Source: a virus (Duplodnaviria > Caudoviricetes). From it: a stretch of DNA of 30,184 bases. Positions 1-11,042 of the stretch are shown piece by piece. The translations under genes were made by a program, and so were the position numbers. Position 1 is the first letter of the stretch. The number at the start of each line of letters is the position of its first letter. The notes under the pieces are model-generated. The model searched no databases. It worked only from the letters and a program-made list of their open reading frames with translations, and had not been told where the DNA came from. The stretch spans positions 1 through 30,184 of IMG/VR virus record IMGVR_UViG_3300042328_000098. One strand, written 5' to 3'.

Positions 1-3000
1 ATTTTTGATCTGTAAATCCGCTTACCTTATAGGTTAAATTGACCTGGAAGTTTTGTACCAGCGGCAGTAGATATTTTGCCGGGCTGACGCCTTGGTTGAT
101 CAAATATTCAGTAATCCAGTTAATATAACCAGCACCGCGATAAACTATACCAGCACTAGTATTACCATTATAGTCAACTGCAGACTGTGTAATTTGTCTA
201 TTTGTACTATCTTCAAGGTACTGAGTAGTTTCTGTTATAATGCCTTGTACGTCGGTTGAGAAACTATATAATGCGTTTAGCGGGGTATATGAGTTTACAT
301 CAATTAAGGTACCAAAATACTTGGCTGGTTTTAATAATGCGAGGGCTTGTTGTGCAGCGTACGGGAAATCGCTGCTCGTACGCCAGGCAAATTCCACAGG
401 ACCTTGTTGGCCAATAGCCCAGGCTGCGCCTGCTTGTTTGCTGTTAAATGTACGACATAACAATTGTGCCACACTGATTAAGTTACCGTTTTCATCTACT
501 GGAATAAAATCTGACAGGCCAGGGCGTACATAATGTGGGTCAATGCCTTGACGATCACCGTAACGGATGTATCCTGCTTCTAAATCGTCCCATAGAACTT
601 TATTGCCGCCAGTAAATGGTGCAGGACCATAGAAGCCTTGCCACCAGTCTGGTTGACTAGGAAATCCTAACATTTCCCAAGGTGTTAAATGCGGACGAAT
701 TGTATCATAGAAATACATATAACATGCACGCCAACTACCCGGCAACAATTCACCATTTACACGATCGCGACTTGAACTGTAGTTCCAAGTGAACGGATCA
801 TTGGGGTCAAAAGTATCATTAATAGTATAATCAAGTTTGTTGTTACCAACCCAGTTTAAGAAACTTTGACTTCGCACTTGGTTTGCATCTGCTAATGTAT
901 AATCGCTACTTCTAAATTTACCCGGAACTACACTAAAGATCTCGCTAAATGTAGTATTTGCAGATAATTTAATATTGTTATAGATACGTAGTTCTAATTC
1001 AAGTAAGAAGCTATCGCGATAGTCACCGAAACTTGGAGTAATACTACCATCGTGGCCACGAATAACAGTTGTAGATGTTCTATAAGTGTCATCTACAAAA
1101 ATCTCAGGAGTGTATCTCGGCCATAGTCCTAACTTAGACGGAGTTTCTGGAATATAGTTACCATCAGTGTTACTATACTCAACAATTTTAATAATGTCGC
1201 CAACTGCCAACGCAATAGTAAAATCGATACTTGGCGTATCTGTTCTAAAGGTGTAGTCGAGCCCTTTAATAAGCTGCTGATCATTTAAATAAACCAACAC
1301 AGCTTGATTGCTTAGTTTTGTATCACTAAAAATATTTGTAATTTCGTAATTTGTCTGCAACGGATCAAATACTTCAAAGCCGTCGATTGCTCCTATTTGT
1401 CCAACAATATTTTTTAACGGACCGTAAGGTACCATGTCACTATAATACCAAGGGAATGATTTATTTTTAACAATATTAATTCTTGTTAAAATCTTATCAA
1501 CGCTGCCTATAGGATCTGTTGGGTCAATACCTTCAAGACTAGTGCTCAATTCTAAGAATTTGTTTTTAAATTTAGTGTATTCTTGTTGAGTATAACGAAC
1601 ACTGTTAATAAAGTTTGCTTGTTCGTCAATTAAAAATAAACTTGCATAAGGTACAGGGGCACTGTGTTTAAGAATGGTACCGCCCTGTTGCTTAATATCA
1701 ATATCACGTAGATTACTTTGTGCTAATACATCACCTTCAACAATTGTACTGTTTTGTGCCAATGCTACTAAGTGGTTACGTAGCTGGCCTAGCGTTAAAC
1801 TATCAATATCAATGTTCTGTGAATTTAAATCTAAATTTTGTGGAACTTGATAAAATGCTGTAGAACTTATTTCGTTACTATAGACTAAAATATCAATTTG
1901 ATCGTTAATATTTAATGTAGTACTAATAGTGATTTGATTACCAACAATTGTCCAATCGATTGTAGGTTTTAAATATACAAAATTCTGGAATACTTTTACA
2001 TAAGGAATAGATTGTTCATCGCTTACTGGTGTGATGTCTAAGGTAAACGTATCAGTATAACCGTTGATATTTAGATAATTGTCAGGGTTTGTTGGCTCAG
2101 TATAAACAAAGCTGAATAGCTGATATTGTTTGCTTTGCTCTGGAACTGTTAGCCATGTATTTTTTGGATCCAATGTTTGGCTATCTACAATTTTTTGAAT
2201 GTAGCCTAGATTAACATTACGCGACACAATCGTTCCAGACTCGTCAACGTAACTAAAGGTATCAGTATTAAAAAAGTTTTGGAATTTAATATCACCTTGA
2301 GTGGTAAAATTCTTATAACTTAAGTAAAAATTAGTAATAGCATTACCATTTGCATCATATACAGGTGCAACAGGGCCTCTACTTAACACACTATCAGTAG
2401 TTCCTGTAGTTGCTCTATCATATCCAAAGATCTGTGTGCCAATAAATGTACTACGAGTATACTGGCTTAGACTTTTACCTTGAATAACTTCTCCTGTACT
2501 TAGATCTAGTCTACTGTCTAAGACATCAAATAATGGGGGTTGTTGTAGATATTCTTTTTGTTGGCTTTGATTCCAATTAACCCCATCAAACCACCATTGG
2601 CTACCTTTATATATTCCTAGTTTAACCACTGTGGTATTGTAGGCAATAACATCTCCATCGGCCGCTTTTGTAAGTTCAACATAATAAGGGCCCGATGGTA
2701 ATTGTAACGAGTTAACGCTATATTGAACTAACGTTAATAGATAAATTTTATTTTTAACCAGCGGATCAGTGTCGTTGCCAAAAATTACACGTAGACCGTC
2801 TGGGTAGGCAATGTCGCCGTTGCTATCAAACAGCTCAATACCAAATACACTAGTGTATATTTTACCTTGTAGGTCAATGAACGCATTTTGAATAGTTGTG
2901 TCTAATACGTCAATCGGTGCTTTAGCAATACGACCATCATTGACCAATTGCATATTAGATTCAAATTGTACAATAGGACGTTGGCCACGAATACCATTGG

Positions 3001-5104
3001 TAAAGGTCGGAACAGTGCCATTATAGGCCGCAGTAGCAGTAATTATATCAACATGGAACCAACGATTGGTTCGTGCCCATGCGTTGCGCTCACGACTAGA
3101 ACGATTGATCGTAATATAATCAGGAAAATATTCACCTGGGTAGTTTACTGCAATTTCATCGATATATGATTCCGGTGTTACTAGTTCGTCGACGGGCACT
3201 AGCTGTATGCCACCACCAATATCACCGACCTGTTCAACATAAAATTGACTATTTTGATAGTATGCCGGGGCCACATCATCACCAAATTGCACTTTAAGCC
3301 CTGATGTAAATTCAATACCATTAGGACTAGTATAGTTTTGCTGGCCTATAATATCAGTCTCTACATCAATTGTCCATCCAGAATATTGTATAACTTTGAT
3401 TGGAGTATAGATATTCGGTAACAGACCATCTTGAATCCACAATTGATCATTTTGTGAAGTTAATAAGGGAACCGTAGCAAAGAAGCCGTCGTAATCTTTA
3501 AAGAATTCTTTGTTGGCATTCGCAATGCCAAGTTTAATATAGACCTTCTCACTGACTGCTACATCTTGCGTATGAACTAGTTTAAGCAACGGGTCACCGG
3601 ATGCAATACTTGTAACTATAGTGCCGCTGGCGATGTCTGTGTACGACGCTGTTACATTCATTACTCCTGTATCGTTAGTTAAGGTAAATTCACTTCCGCC
3701 AGCGGTGTCGCTAATTGTAAATGTTGTTACTGAAGTAACATCTTTAATATAGTAGGTAGTACCAGAAATTATCCCTCCTACTGCTGGGTTTCCAACAAAT
3801 ACCACAGGCATGCCTGCTACTAACCCAGTTGTAGTTGTAACAGTAATATCGTTAGTACCAGATGCAGTTGCAGACAGTGCAGTTATGACATCTGTACGTT
3901 TTATAGTTGCATTAGCTGATATAGTAACAGTATCAGGAACATAAACATATTCTTGTCCCGCAGTTGCGTCATATAATAGCGAAACTACCTGACTTCCTAC
4001 TGTTAAACTTGTACCAGCAATAATATTTGCAGCAATAGGTGTATCTAAACGTAATTTTTGACCAATGTCAACATAAACCACACGCCATATGTCATAACGA
4101 TCTTCTTCAGCAATAACCGTGTTAGCATCGTAACCCGGAATAATATCGCCATCATTATCAACTACTACAGGATTAGTCCAGGCTTCTTCGCCTGCATTTG
4201 TCCACGTGTTAACATCAACAAATATAGTATATCTGCCGTTTAGTTGACCTGTGATACCTGCATATTGTGGATAGGCAGCTAAGAACTGACTTAGAGTTTT
4301 ATTAGCTACCTGACTGTATGGAATAGGGGTAGCATAGTCTACGCTAAACACAGTAGGCATATTAACATAGCGATCTTGTGCATAGGTTTGTGGTACTTTG
4401 AATGTTACCGTGCCGCTATCGGCTCCATTATTTTCTACACCAAATACATCGCGCGAACTTACACTGGGTGTGGCACTAACTACACCGTCTACACCAGTCT
4501 CTGTTTGAATCCAAAACGGCACACCCGGTTGGTCAACTACAAACTCATAAACTCCGCCGCGGGCACAAATAATACTGTTATCAACAACACCGTTGTTTCT
4601 AAATATATAACGACCGTTAGCAGCATCACGTGTCACGGTGTAGGTAATCGTTAAATCAACCCCGCTGGTGCTTACATCAACCGGGTCAGGTCCATCTGGC
4701 AGCCAATAGTATTGACTAAAATTAATTAATTTGTCAAAACTAATTTTAGGATCAAATGTATAATAATCTTGTTCAAATAAACGACTGTGATTATTTGTTA
4801 GGCCACCGTAGTAACCAATCTTATCTAATAGATCAATATAGTCAGCAACAAAGGTAACATTGTTTTGTTCGTCTTTAATTACAACGCCCGGCTCTAGTTG
4901 ATAATTTTGTCTAGTGGCGTTATATTCAATAACATAACTATCACCAGTTTTATATGTAGGAGCAAATTTACGACCGATATATCCATAAAGCGTTTCTAAG
5001 TTTGGTTCAGTTACTAACTGATCCATTGTAGCGGCTAAGAATTTCTTATTAGCATCACTTTGGAATACGGTAGGTAAAAATTTGTAGGTTTTTCTTGTTG
5101 CCAT
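1..5104 (-). CDS. Giant virion structural/baseplate wedge protein, over 1700 aa, partial (runs off the left edge; absent from the ORF track)
   Basis: ATG at 5104 reads MATRKTYKFLPTVFQSDANKKFLAATMDQLVTEPNLETLYGYIGRK...NYQLEPGVV...FDKLINFSQYYWLPDGP. Spot checks in the same frame are open near 3600-3900 and at the edge (VQNFQVNLTYKVSGFTDQK). Lies directly downstream of the gp6-like gene. Confidence 0.85.
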   Translation of the reverse strand, partial: MATRKTYKFLPTVFQSDANKKFLAATMDQLVTEPNLETLYGYIGRKFAPTYKTGDSYVIEYNATRQNYQLEPGVVIKDEQNNVTFVADYIDLLDKIGYYGGLTNNHSRLFEQDYYTFDPKISFDKLINFSQYYWLPDGPDPVDVSTSGVDLTITYTVTRDAANGRYIFRNNGVVDNSIICARGGVYEFVVDQPGVPFWIQTETGVDGVVSATPSVSSRDVFGVENNGADSGTVTFKVPQTYAQDRYVNMPTVFSVDYATPIPYSQVANKTLSQFLAAYPQYAGITGQLNGRYTIFVDVNTWTNAGEEAWTNPVVVDNDGDIIPGYDANTVIAEEDRYDIWRVVYVDIGQKLRLDTPIAANIIAGTSLTVGSQVVSLLYDATAGQEYVYVPDTVTISANATIKRTDVITALSATASGTNDITVTTTTGLVAGMPVVFVGNPAVGGIISGTTYYIKDVTSVTTFTISDTAGGSEFTLTNDTGVMNVTASYTDIASGTIVTSIASGDPLLKLVHTQDVAVSEKVYIKLGIANANKEFFKDYDGFFATVPLLTSQNDQLWIQDGLLPNIYTPIKVIQYSGWTIDVETDIIGQQNYTSPNGIEFTSGLKVQFGDDVAPAYYQNSQFYVEQVGDIGGGIQLVPVDELVTPESYIDEIAVNYPGEYFPDYITINRSSRERNAWARTNRWFHVDIITATAAYNGTVPTFTNGIRGQRPIVQFESNMQLVNDGRIAKAPIDVLDTTIQNAFIDLQGKIYTSVFGIELFDSNGDIAYPDGLRVIFGNDTDPLVKNKIYLLTLVQYSVNSLQLPSGPYYVELTKAADGDVIAYNTTVVKLGIYKGSQWWFDGVNWNQSQQKEYLQQPPLFDVLDSRLDLSTGEVIQGKSLSQYTRSTFIGTQIFGYDRATTGTTDSVLSRGPVAPVYDANGNAITNFYLSYKNFTTQGDIKFQNFFNTDTFSYVDESGTIVSRNVNLGYIQKIVDSQTLDPKNTWLTVPEQSKQYQLFSFVYTEPTNPDNYLNINGYTDTFTLDITPVSDEQSIPYVKVFQNFVYLKPTIDWTIVGNQITISTTLNINDQIDILVYSNEISSTAFYQVPQNLDLNSQNIDIDSLTLGQLRNHLVALAQNSTIVEGDVLAQSNLRDIDIKQQGGTILKHSAPVPYASLFLIDEQANFINSVRYTQQEYTKFKNKFLELSTSLEGIDPTDPIGSVDKILTRINIVKNKSFPWYYSDMVPYGPLKNIVGQIGAIDGFEVFDPLQTNYEITNIFSDTKLSNQAVLVYLNDQQLIKGLDYTFRTDTPSIDFTIALAVGDIIKIVEYSNTDGNYIPETPSKLGLWPRYTPEIFVDDTYRTSTTVIRGHDGSITPSFGDYRDSFLLELELRIYNNIKLSANTTFSEIFSVVPGKFRSSDYTLADANQVRSQSFLNWVGNNKLDYTINDTFDPNDPFTWNYSSSRDRVNGELLPGSWRACYMYFYDTIRPHLTPWEMLGFPSQPDWWQGFYGPAPFTGGNKVLWDDLEAGYIRYGDRQGIDPHYVRPGLSDFIPVDENGNLISVAQLLCRTFNSKQAGAAWAIGQQGPVEFAWRTSSDFPYAAQQALALLKPAKYFGTLIDVNSYTPLNALYSFSTDVQGIITETTQYLEDSTNRQITQSAVDYNGNTSAGIVYRGAGYINWITEYLINQGVSPAKYLLPLVQNFQVNLTYKVSGFTDQK

Positions 5105-5122
5105 GCTAGTCCCGTCTTTTTG

Positions 5123-8100
5123 TTAACTTACTATGATTGCACCAGTTTGATTTAATTGTGCCGCAGTAATTGCTGTAATAATTTGTACGTTGTCTACTGT
5201 GGCTGCGCTTGTAATAATTTCATTGATGTTGGCATTTACCTGTAATAGACTACCAAATGCATCTGCTTGGTTAGCAGGAACAATGATAATGCTAGAAACA
5301 TTAGGACTCAATTGAACATGTAGATAACTTGCTAGTTCACTAAAGTAAAAAGTTTCACCGAAGTCCCAGTTTGAAACATCAAAATATGTGTTAATAGCAG
5401 CAATTACGCTGGTCTTAATTTCGTTATCACTGATTACCACGTTAGGATTTTTAACGATCTTAAACGTGGCCTGCAGCGTAGGTATTGCCTTGCTACCAAA
5501 TAAAGGTTTAAACTTAGCAGGATTATAAATGATAGTGTCGCTGATTGCTTTATAGTTGTCTAAGGTGCTGTAATCAAGTTGCAATTCTTCACTGGTAGGA
5601 GCCAATGGCTGTGCAACCTGTCCAGAGGTGTCCTGTATCCATGCTAGGTAATCAATTGAATATTGCTGTGTTAATACATACAAGTCAATGATGTTATTTG
5701 GGCTTGGGTCAATACGTCTGTTATTAGGACTGTTATGACGATATTGGAAGTATAAATCTTGACGCCCCAATTTAGCTGTGTACCCTGTAACTGTGTTAAT
5801 TGCAAACACTGCTCCACTTACCGTTAATTGATAAAATGTATCTGTGTTAGGAATATAAAATAGTTGCCCTGTTTGATATAGTGTTTTTGCCTGTTCTATT
5901 GCACGCAAGGTATTGTATGATGACACTACAGTGGCATTATCCACCGGAGTTTGAATAACAAAGTTATCGTAACTTACAGTATCTTGGAAGTAAACATATT
6001 TTTCAGCAGTGTTTACTGTAGGATTCACAATAAGATCAAACAATTCAGGATTGTCAGGTATACCGTCATTGTCGCTGTCGCTAAATGTTATATAAATTTT
6101 ATCAATGTTTACATATCCGTCAACTTCGGTAATTGACTTATTGATATACCATATATAATCTAATGCCAATGGGTTGCTATCATCGGGATTACTGTTAACT
6201 TTTAACACTTTGATTTGATCATGTACTGTTAAACCAGTTTTAGCATCAAAAATCTTTGTTGCGCCATCGTAGTAGAAGTTAGTTTCTAATACACTTTCAA
6301 ACACGTAGTTTAGTCCGTGATATAATACTGTGTATGTTTTGCCTACTGTTTGGAATGCAATAATCCAGCTGGCATCTTTAGCCTGTCCGCTGGTATCTCC
6401 TGCCCATGTTAGTCCAAAGTCGCTAGTTAAATCTAAATCTGTTGGTAGTATAATTTTCCAAGTGCCAGTGTCTGTATCGTAGCGTAGACCAAAGTTGGAA
6501 TAGGCTTGTATGTAGCCCACCATCGATTGTACTAATACGTTAGGGAAATCAACATTAAACACCGCAAATACTTTGTCACCGATAACAGTTTGTGCATTAC
6601 CGTCTAAGCCCACTGCTGGGATGATTTGATTTAGTGTGACTGGTCCTGCACCACTGGCTAAATTACCTTGGCCGCCGTTGGTGCCGTCACCTACTACTAA
6701 TTCAATAGCCGCATATACATAATATTTGTCACCTGATTTGCTAGGAGTACCTGTGCGTACATAGTTTTGGCTATCAAAGTAATTACCTGCACCTGCGCTA
6801 AATCTAACAATCGCACCTTGGCGAATGTATTTGTTGCTGTTAGCAACTATGTCGCCAATCTGTAGGATATTACCTGCTACATCAACAAAAAAGCCAGTAC
6901 AACCGTTGGCAATTGTAGTCGATGTGTGCCAATATACATCTGTTAAAGTAATTAACGGATAGTCAGCGTAGAATAATTGTTGCGTTTCTGTTGCTTGTGC
7001 AATAGGAGCAACCCGATCGTAAATTGTACGATAGATGTCGTTGGTTGTAAAGAAGTCAAAACTAAATGTATCAGTAAAACTATCACGGTATAGCATACCA
7101 TCTTGTGAGAATATGTTAGTACTTGAATATTTGCCAGTTGCATCAATAACGTCTAGGTAACGACTTACACCCGAGCTTGTACGGTTAACTGCTTTTACTT
7201 TTAAAATATTACTGAATAGTGTGTAAGGTAAGATATTATAATCTTCACCTGTGATCATACGATTCTGTGTGTAGAATTGTTGCGGTGCCTTTTGTTTAAT
7301 ATCATCTAGGCTTTCGCGTGTACTTGAGTTAGCAATAGTATATTGCAGACTAGCTGAGATATTTAATACTTCGACACGACCTGATTGGCTAACATAATTA
7401 ATAGACATAACCACACCCTGCATTTCGTCGGGTGTAATTTTATATTGTAGACCGTTTGATGCTCTATAGTATACACGGAAGTTGCCTTGCGGGATATTAC
7501 TAAATGCACCGTCACCAAATACTAGATCAATTTGATCAGCGGCTTGTGTGTTTACTTGATAGATATTCCGATTTGATGTATTGTTATAGATAACGTTAGT
7601 GTTAGCTACAGCAGGAACCTGTGTCCATAGCTGACCCAAAGTTCCGTCACTGTTTACACTGTATAACCAAACGTCACTATTATTGATGTTGTTTACGTTA
7701 ATATTAAAAATACGGTTAGGGATACTTTCTGCAAAGTTAAAATCACGCGATTGTATAATACCTTGTACAAAGTACAAGAAGTAACCTGTGTTATTGCTAC
7801 TGTTGCCTAGACCGTCATTTCTGTATAAGAAATTAAACGGTGCTGATACCAATGGGGGTGCTTCGTATATGTAGCTTTCGCCTGTACTAGTAGGGCTTAC
7901 AAATTCAAAATCCATACTTGTACCAGCCACTGTGGCTTTAAACGGATAAACTGACAATCTACCAGGTACATAATTTATGTTATATTCTTCTACGTTAATA
8001 CCTGCAATATTCTGACTACCTGCAGGTTTGCCAATCATTTGATTGCTTTGTAGTGCGGCATTTAAAATAATAGTGAATTGTTCTAACCAGTTGCTGTTAG

Positions 8101-8542
8101 CACTGTCTGCCCAATTAACCACTAGTCCGCTTAGATTGATACCATTACTATCAAACACTGTTTCAGTCGTTGATACGCTGTCAAATTTTAAATAGCCTCT
8201 ACTGTTGATATTACGTTTAGGATTGTATGAAATCAGTCGTGCTAATTTAAGAACACTGTCTCGACGTTGTGCAGTGTCAATAAAGTTTTCACGTGCGTTT
8301 AAGTCGCCACGGAAGGCCAATGATTGACCTAAGAAGGCAATCATATCGATTAGTGCAATGAATTCACTTGATTCAATATAGTCGTTGAAGTCTTCTGGGT
8401 AGTATAATTGAAGGTAACTAATCATACTAGCACGAATAGTTTCGTAATCGTAGCTTTGGAAGTCGGCGTTACGGAAGGTTTGATAGACTTTTGTCCAGTC
8501 CTCTGCAACTAATAAACTCGATTGTCTTGTGGTAATTGCCAT
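5123..8542 (-). CDS. gp6: Baseplate wedge subunit, T4 gp6-like (1139 aa)
   Basis: N-terminal DFQSYDYETIR...FNDYIESSEFIALIDMIAFLGQSLAFRGDLNARENFIDTAQRRDSVLKLARLISYNPKR, internal LVFGDG and ESLDDIKQKAPQQFYTQNRMITGEDY motifs typical of gp6/baseplate J; follows gp25. Confidence 0.85.
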   Translation of the reverse strand: MAITTRQSSLLVAEDWTKVYQTFRNADFQSYDYETIRASMISYLQLYYPEDFNDYIESSEFIALIDMIAFLGQSLAFRGDLNARENFIDTAQRRDSVLKLARLISYNPKRNINSRGYLKFDSVSTTETVFDSNGINLSGLVVNWADSANSNWLEQFTIILNAALQSNQMIGKPAGSQNIAGINVEEYNINYVPGRLSVYPFKATVAGTSMDFEFVSPTSTGESYIYEAPPLVSAPFNFLYRNDGLGNSSNNTGYFLYFVQGIIQSRDFNFAESIPNRIFNINVNNINNSDVWLYSVNSDGTLGQLWTQVPAVANTNVIYNNTSNRNIYQVNTQAADQIDLVFGDGAFSNIPQGNFRVYYRASNGLQYKITPDEMQGVVMSINYVSQSGRVEVLNISASLQYTIANSSTRESLDDIKQKAPQQFYTQNRMITGEDYNILPYTLFSNILKVKAVNRTSSGVSRYLDVIDATGKYSSTNIFSQDGMLYRDSFTDTFSFDFFTTNDIYRTIYDRVAPIAQATETQQLFYADYPLITLTDVYWHTSTTIANGCTGFFVDVAGNILQIGDIVANSNKYIRQGAIVRFSAGAGNYFDSQNYVRTGTPSKSGDKYYVYAAIELVVGDGTNGGQGNLASGAGPVTLNQIIPAVGLDGNAQTVIGDKVFAVFNVDFPNVLVQSMVGYIQAYSNFGLRYDTDTGTWKIILPTDLDLTSDFGLTWAGDTSGQAKDASWIIAFQTVGKTYTVLYHGLNYVFESVLETNFYYDGATKIFDAKTGLTVHDQIKVLKVNSNPDDSNPLALDYIWYINKSITEVDGYVNIDKIYITFSDSDNDGIPDNPELFDLIVNPTVNTAEKYVYFQDTVSYDNFVIQTPVDNATVVSSYNTLRAIEQAKTLYQTGQLFYIPNTDTFYQLTVSGAVFAINTVTGYTAKLGRQDLYFQYRHNSPNNRRIDPSPNNIIDLYVLTQQYSIDYLAWIQDTSGQVAQPLAPTSEELQLDYSTLDNYKAISDTIIYNPAKFKPLFGSKAIPTLQATFKIVKNPNVVISDNEIKTSVIAAINTYFDVSNWDFGETFYFSELASYLHVQLSPNVSSIIIVPANQADAFGSLLQVNANINEIITSAATVDNVQIITAITAAQLNQTGAIIVS

Positions 8543-8562
8543 ACATTATTCCCAATATAATG

Positions 8563-8570
8563 TATTTATC
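8563..8570 (-). promoter_or_regulatory. T4-type late promoter (GATAAATA) for the gp6-like gene
   Basis: TAAATA core 20 nt upstream of ATG 8542; the same core recurs before most structural genes, and a gp55 homolog is in the window. Confidence 0.6.
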
Positions 8571-8593
8571 TTAGAAATAAACTGTGTAGTTAA

Positions 8594-8974
8594 TTACTGT
8601 GCAGAAAGAGATTGGGATTCGCCGTTAAAATTTAACAGCATTGTATTGATTTGATTAGTAGGAACGTAGCGCAATTGTAGTTCAATTTGAATACCTTGGT
8701 CGTATTCCGTAACAATAATGTTATCAAAACTAACGCGAGGGTCATAACCGGCAACAGCTGATATGTCTGCTATGATTACACTTTTTAAATCTTCAGTGAA
8801 TGGCTCGTATAGAACGTTCCAGATGATTGTACCAAAGTTTGGGTTCATCAACTTCTCACCTTTACGGATGTTGAAATGATTTATAATGTCTTGTTTGATT
8901 AAGTCAAAGTCAGTCAAGCGGAAATTTTTGCTTGCTCCTAGTGTACTAAATCCTTTATAAGTTGCGCCGGCCAT
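8594..8974 (-). CDS. gp25: Baseplate wedge protein, gp25-like (126 aa)
   Basis: LIKQDIINHFNIRKGEKLMNPNFGTIIWNVLYEP...YDPRV matches the gp25/GPW pattern; size and position fit. Confidence 0.9.
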   Translation of the reverse strand: MAGATYKGFSTLGASKNFRLTDFDLIKQDIINHFNIRKGEKLMNPNFGTIIWNVLYEPFTEDLKSVIIADISAVAGYDPRVSFDNIIVTEYDQGIQIELQLRYVPTNQINTMLLNFNGESQSLSAQ

Positions 8975-8979
8975 ATTAA

Positions 8980-8987
8980 TATTTATC
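8980..8987 (-). promoter_or_regulatory. Late promoter GATAAATA, 5 nt upstream of the gp25 ATG (possibly leaderless)
   Basis: Minus strand reads GATAAATA-TTAAT-ATG with no Shine-Dalgarno; overlaps the upstream stop codon. Confidence 0.5.
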
Positions 8988-11031
8988 CAGCATTGATACT
9001 TGGTAGTTTGGGTGCTAGCACGCTAACAGCATACTTGCCTTGGTTAAACAATTCTGCGCCAGGACCGCTACCAGACCTAAATGACAGTGCAGCATCTGAA
9101 CCTAACTTATGAGCTACACTCATCATTCCTGCTACATCAGCTGGTGTTTGATCGGCTGTAATTGCACCGCTAGACAGCAGGTTGGTGTAATTTTGATTAG
9201 TTACTGCTGACATCACACTTTCTTGTTCTGTTTTATTGCTTAAAAAGCTAGTTGCATCAGTGATGCTGTTTTTGTTTGTCCAACTATTAGGATTTGTCAA
9301 TTGCTCGTTGCTGGTTACTGTGCTTTTAATATAGCCTTGCTCTTGTAATGCTTTGTAGTCTAATTGATATTTGCCTAGTTTACCATCACTGCCTGTGGTA
9401 GTATAGTCATTGCCTTGTCCTAGTTGTGACATCAAGGCAGTAGTTTCATCTTTAGTTAGCGAACCAGCTGGTGCAACCGCAGGTGGTTGATTGCGAATAT
9501 CTTTAGGGGTAGCTGCGTTTTCTACACCCGCAGTTAAAGTTGTGTCGCTCTTAGTTGCATCAGTACCCGAGAACGAAGCATTAGGTTGTATACCAGGGCT
9601 TGTTGGTATAAATGCTCTTGCTCTGGTACCACGGTCATACGGTTCGTGTGTGGGTGCAAAGGTTACAATGGACTCTAGAGCGCCGGGCTTACTTGACCAC
9701 GTACCTCCAGAGCCAGTTACTTCAGGCAGTTTACGGGTTTGTATAGGGGTTATAGCTTTTAATGCATCTGTGCCGCCACTATTCTGTTTAATGCTAGCAC
9801 CTTCAAGTGCAATTATGCCCCCAGCTTTAAGACCAATTTTTGCGGCTGAATCTACTTTAAATGCGCCTACCTTAAATTCAGTACCAGAATTTGCAGTTAC
9901 ATTAAATTTACCTTCAGCAAGAAAATCTATCAATGGTGTTTCTAATTTTAGACTAGTACCTGCCTTGATATTAATTTTGCCACCTACATCAAGATTAAAG
10001 TCACCGTCAGCATGTATGTCAAATGTACCTTCTGTACGTAAGGCCATGCCTCGTTTGCTATAGGCTAAAATTTTACCATCTTTAGTTAATTCTACCCAGC
10101 TAAAACCGTTGGCATGGGCAATATACAGTGACTCGTTGCTGTCGTGCATCAAGATTTGATGACCGCCCGCTGTACGTAATCGAATAAGTTGGTCTTCACC
10201 AGTAGTAGCACCGTCATCCATTAAGAATACGTGCCCACCTTTGCGTGATTTTACCTCAGTATATTTAGAATTTAATTTACCAGCCTCAAGATCTGGAAGA
10301 TAACTTGGATCATCTGCAGGGTCATTTACAGGGCGACCTGGGGTACTAATACCAAATACAAAACTAGGACTTTCTCGTTGGCTACTACTTGAAACTGGGC
10401 CACGGACAATATCTCTTTCTAAGCCTTGTTTTTGATATATCGAATACTGGTATGTATGTAACGGTTTGTTATTGTTATAGAATGCAGTATTAGTAAAATC
10501 GCTGGTATATTGATTAAACTCTACAACCGGTACTATATCACCTTCTTGAATTTGTTTACGCTGACCCGGAGTTAAACTATTACGATCAACATTTGATGTT
10601 CCTGCTAAGCCAGGCATCATATAATGACTTAAATGTGGATTAACACATGCTAGTCCGTAGCCACGCAACGGATCACCGGCTACAAAAATTACAATAATCT
10701 GCACACCAATATCTGGTGGCACCATCCACATACCGTAGGTGTGGTGCACTGTACCAAATTTATTTTCTTGGCTAGGGCGATCAGTTGACGATTGTGTCTG
10801 ACTAGTGTAACCTAAAAATGGACTAGTATAACTAACTGTGCGCCAGTTTTTGGGATCGTCCTCGGGACCGCCTAGGTCTGGGATATAAACTTGTAGTCTG
10901 CCGCTGCGAGTTGGGTCTAGGTTATTTTTAATAATACCAATATAGGGATACGGATCAACACGGGTACCTGCTGCATCTTCACGACGAGCATTCTTAATAA
11001 CCTTATTGCCGGCTCTACTATCTAATGCCAT
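8983..11031 (-). CDS. Baseplate hub/central spike, gp5/VgrG-like, with a C-terminal lysozyme-like domain (682 aa)
   Basis: OB-fold-type start (DPTRSGRLQVYIPDLGG...YGMWMVPPDIG), spike-type segment (GGHVFLMDDG, RLRTAGGHQILMHD) with beta-helix-like repeats, and a C-terminal GKYQL...AGMMSVAHKLG segment resembling lysozyme-like folds. Confidence 0.75.
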   Translation of the reverse strand: MALDSRAGNKVIKNARREDAAGTRVDPYPYIGIIKNNLDPTRSGRLQVYIPDLGGPEDDPKNWRTVSYTSPFLGYTSQTQSSTDRPSQENKFGTVHHTYGMWMVPPDIGVQIIVIFVAGDPLRGYGLACVNPHLSHYMMPGLAGTSNVDRNSLTPGQRKQIQEGDIVPVVEFNQYTSDFTNTAFYNNNKPLHTYQYSIYQKQGLERDIVRGPVSSSSQRESPSFVFGISTPGRPVNDPADDPSYLPDLEAGKLNSKYTEVKSRKGGHVFLMDDGATTGEDQLIRLRTAGGHQILMHDSNESLYIAHANGFSWVELTKDGKILAYSKRGMALRTEGTFDIHADGDFNLDVGGKINIKAGTSLKLETPLIDFLAEGKFNVTANSGTEFKVGAFKVDSAAKIGLKAGGIIALEGASIKQNSGGTDALKAITPIQTRKLPEVTGSGGTWSSKPGALESIVTFAPTHEPYDRGTRARAFIPTSPGIQPNASFSGTDATKSDTTLTAGVENAATPKDIRNQPPAVAPAGSLTKDETTALMSQLGQGNDYTTTGSDGKLGKYQLDYKALQEQGYIKSTVTSNEQLTNPNSWTNKNSITDATSFLSNKTEQESVMSAVTNQNYTNLLSSGAITADQTPADVAGMMSVAHKLGSDAALSFRSGSGPGAELFNQGKYAVSVLAPKLPSINAG

Positions 11032-11042
11032 ATCTTATTATC

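Noticed and set aside
240-4654. Short + strand ORFs (240, 2948, 4058, 4376)
   Set aside because: Antisense shadows of the long minus-strand gene starting at 5104; no recognisable motifs.
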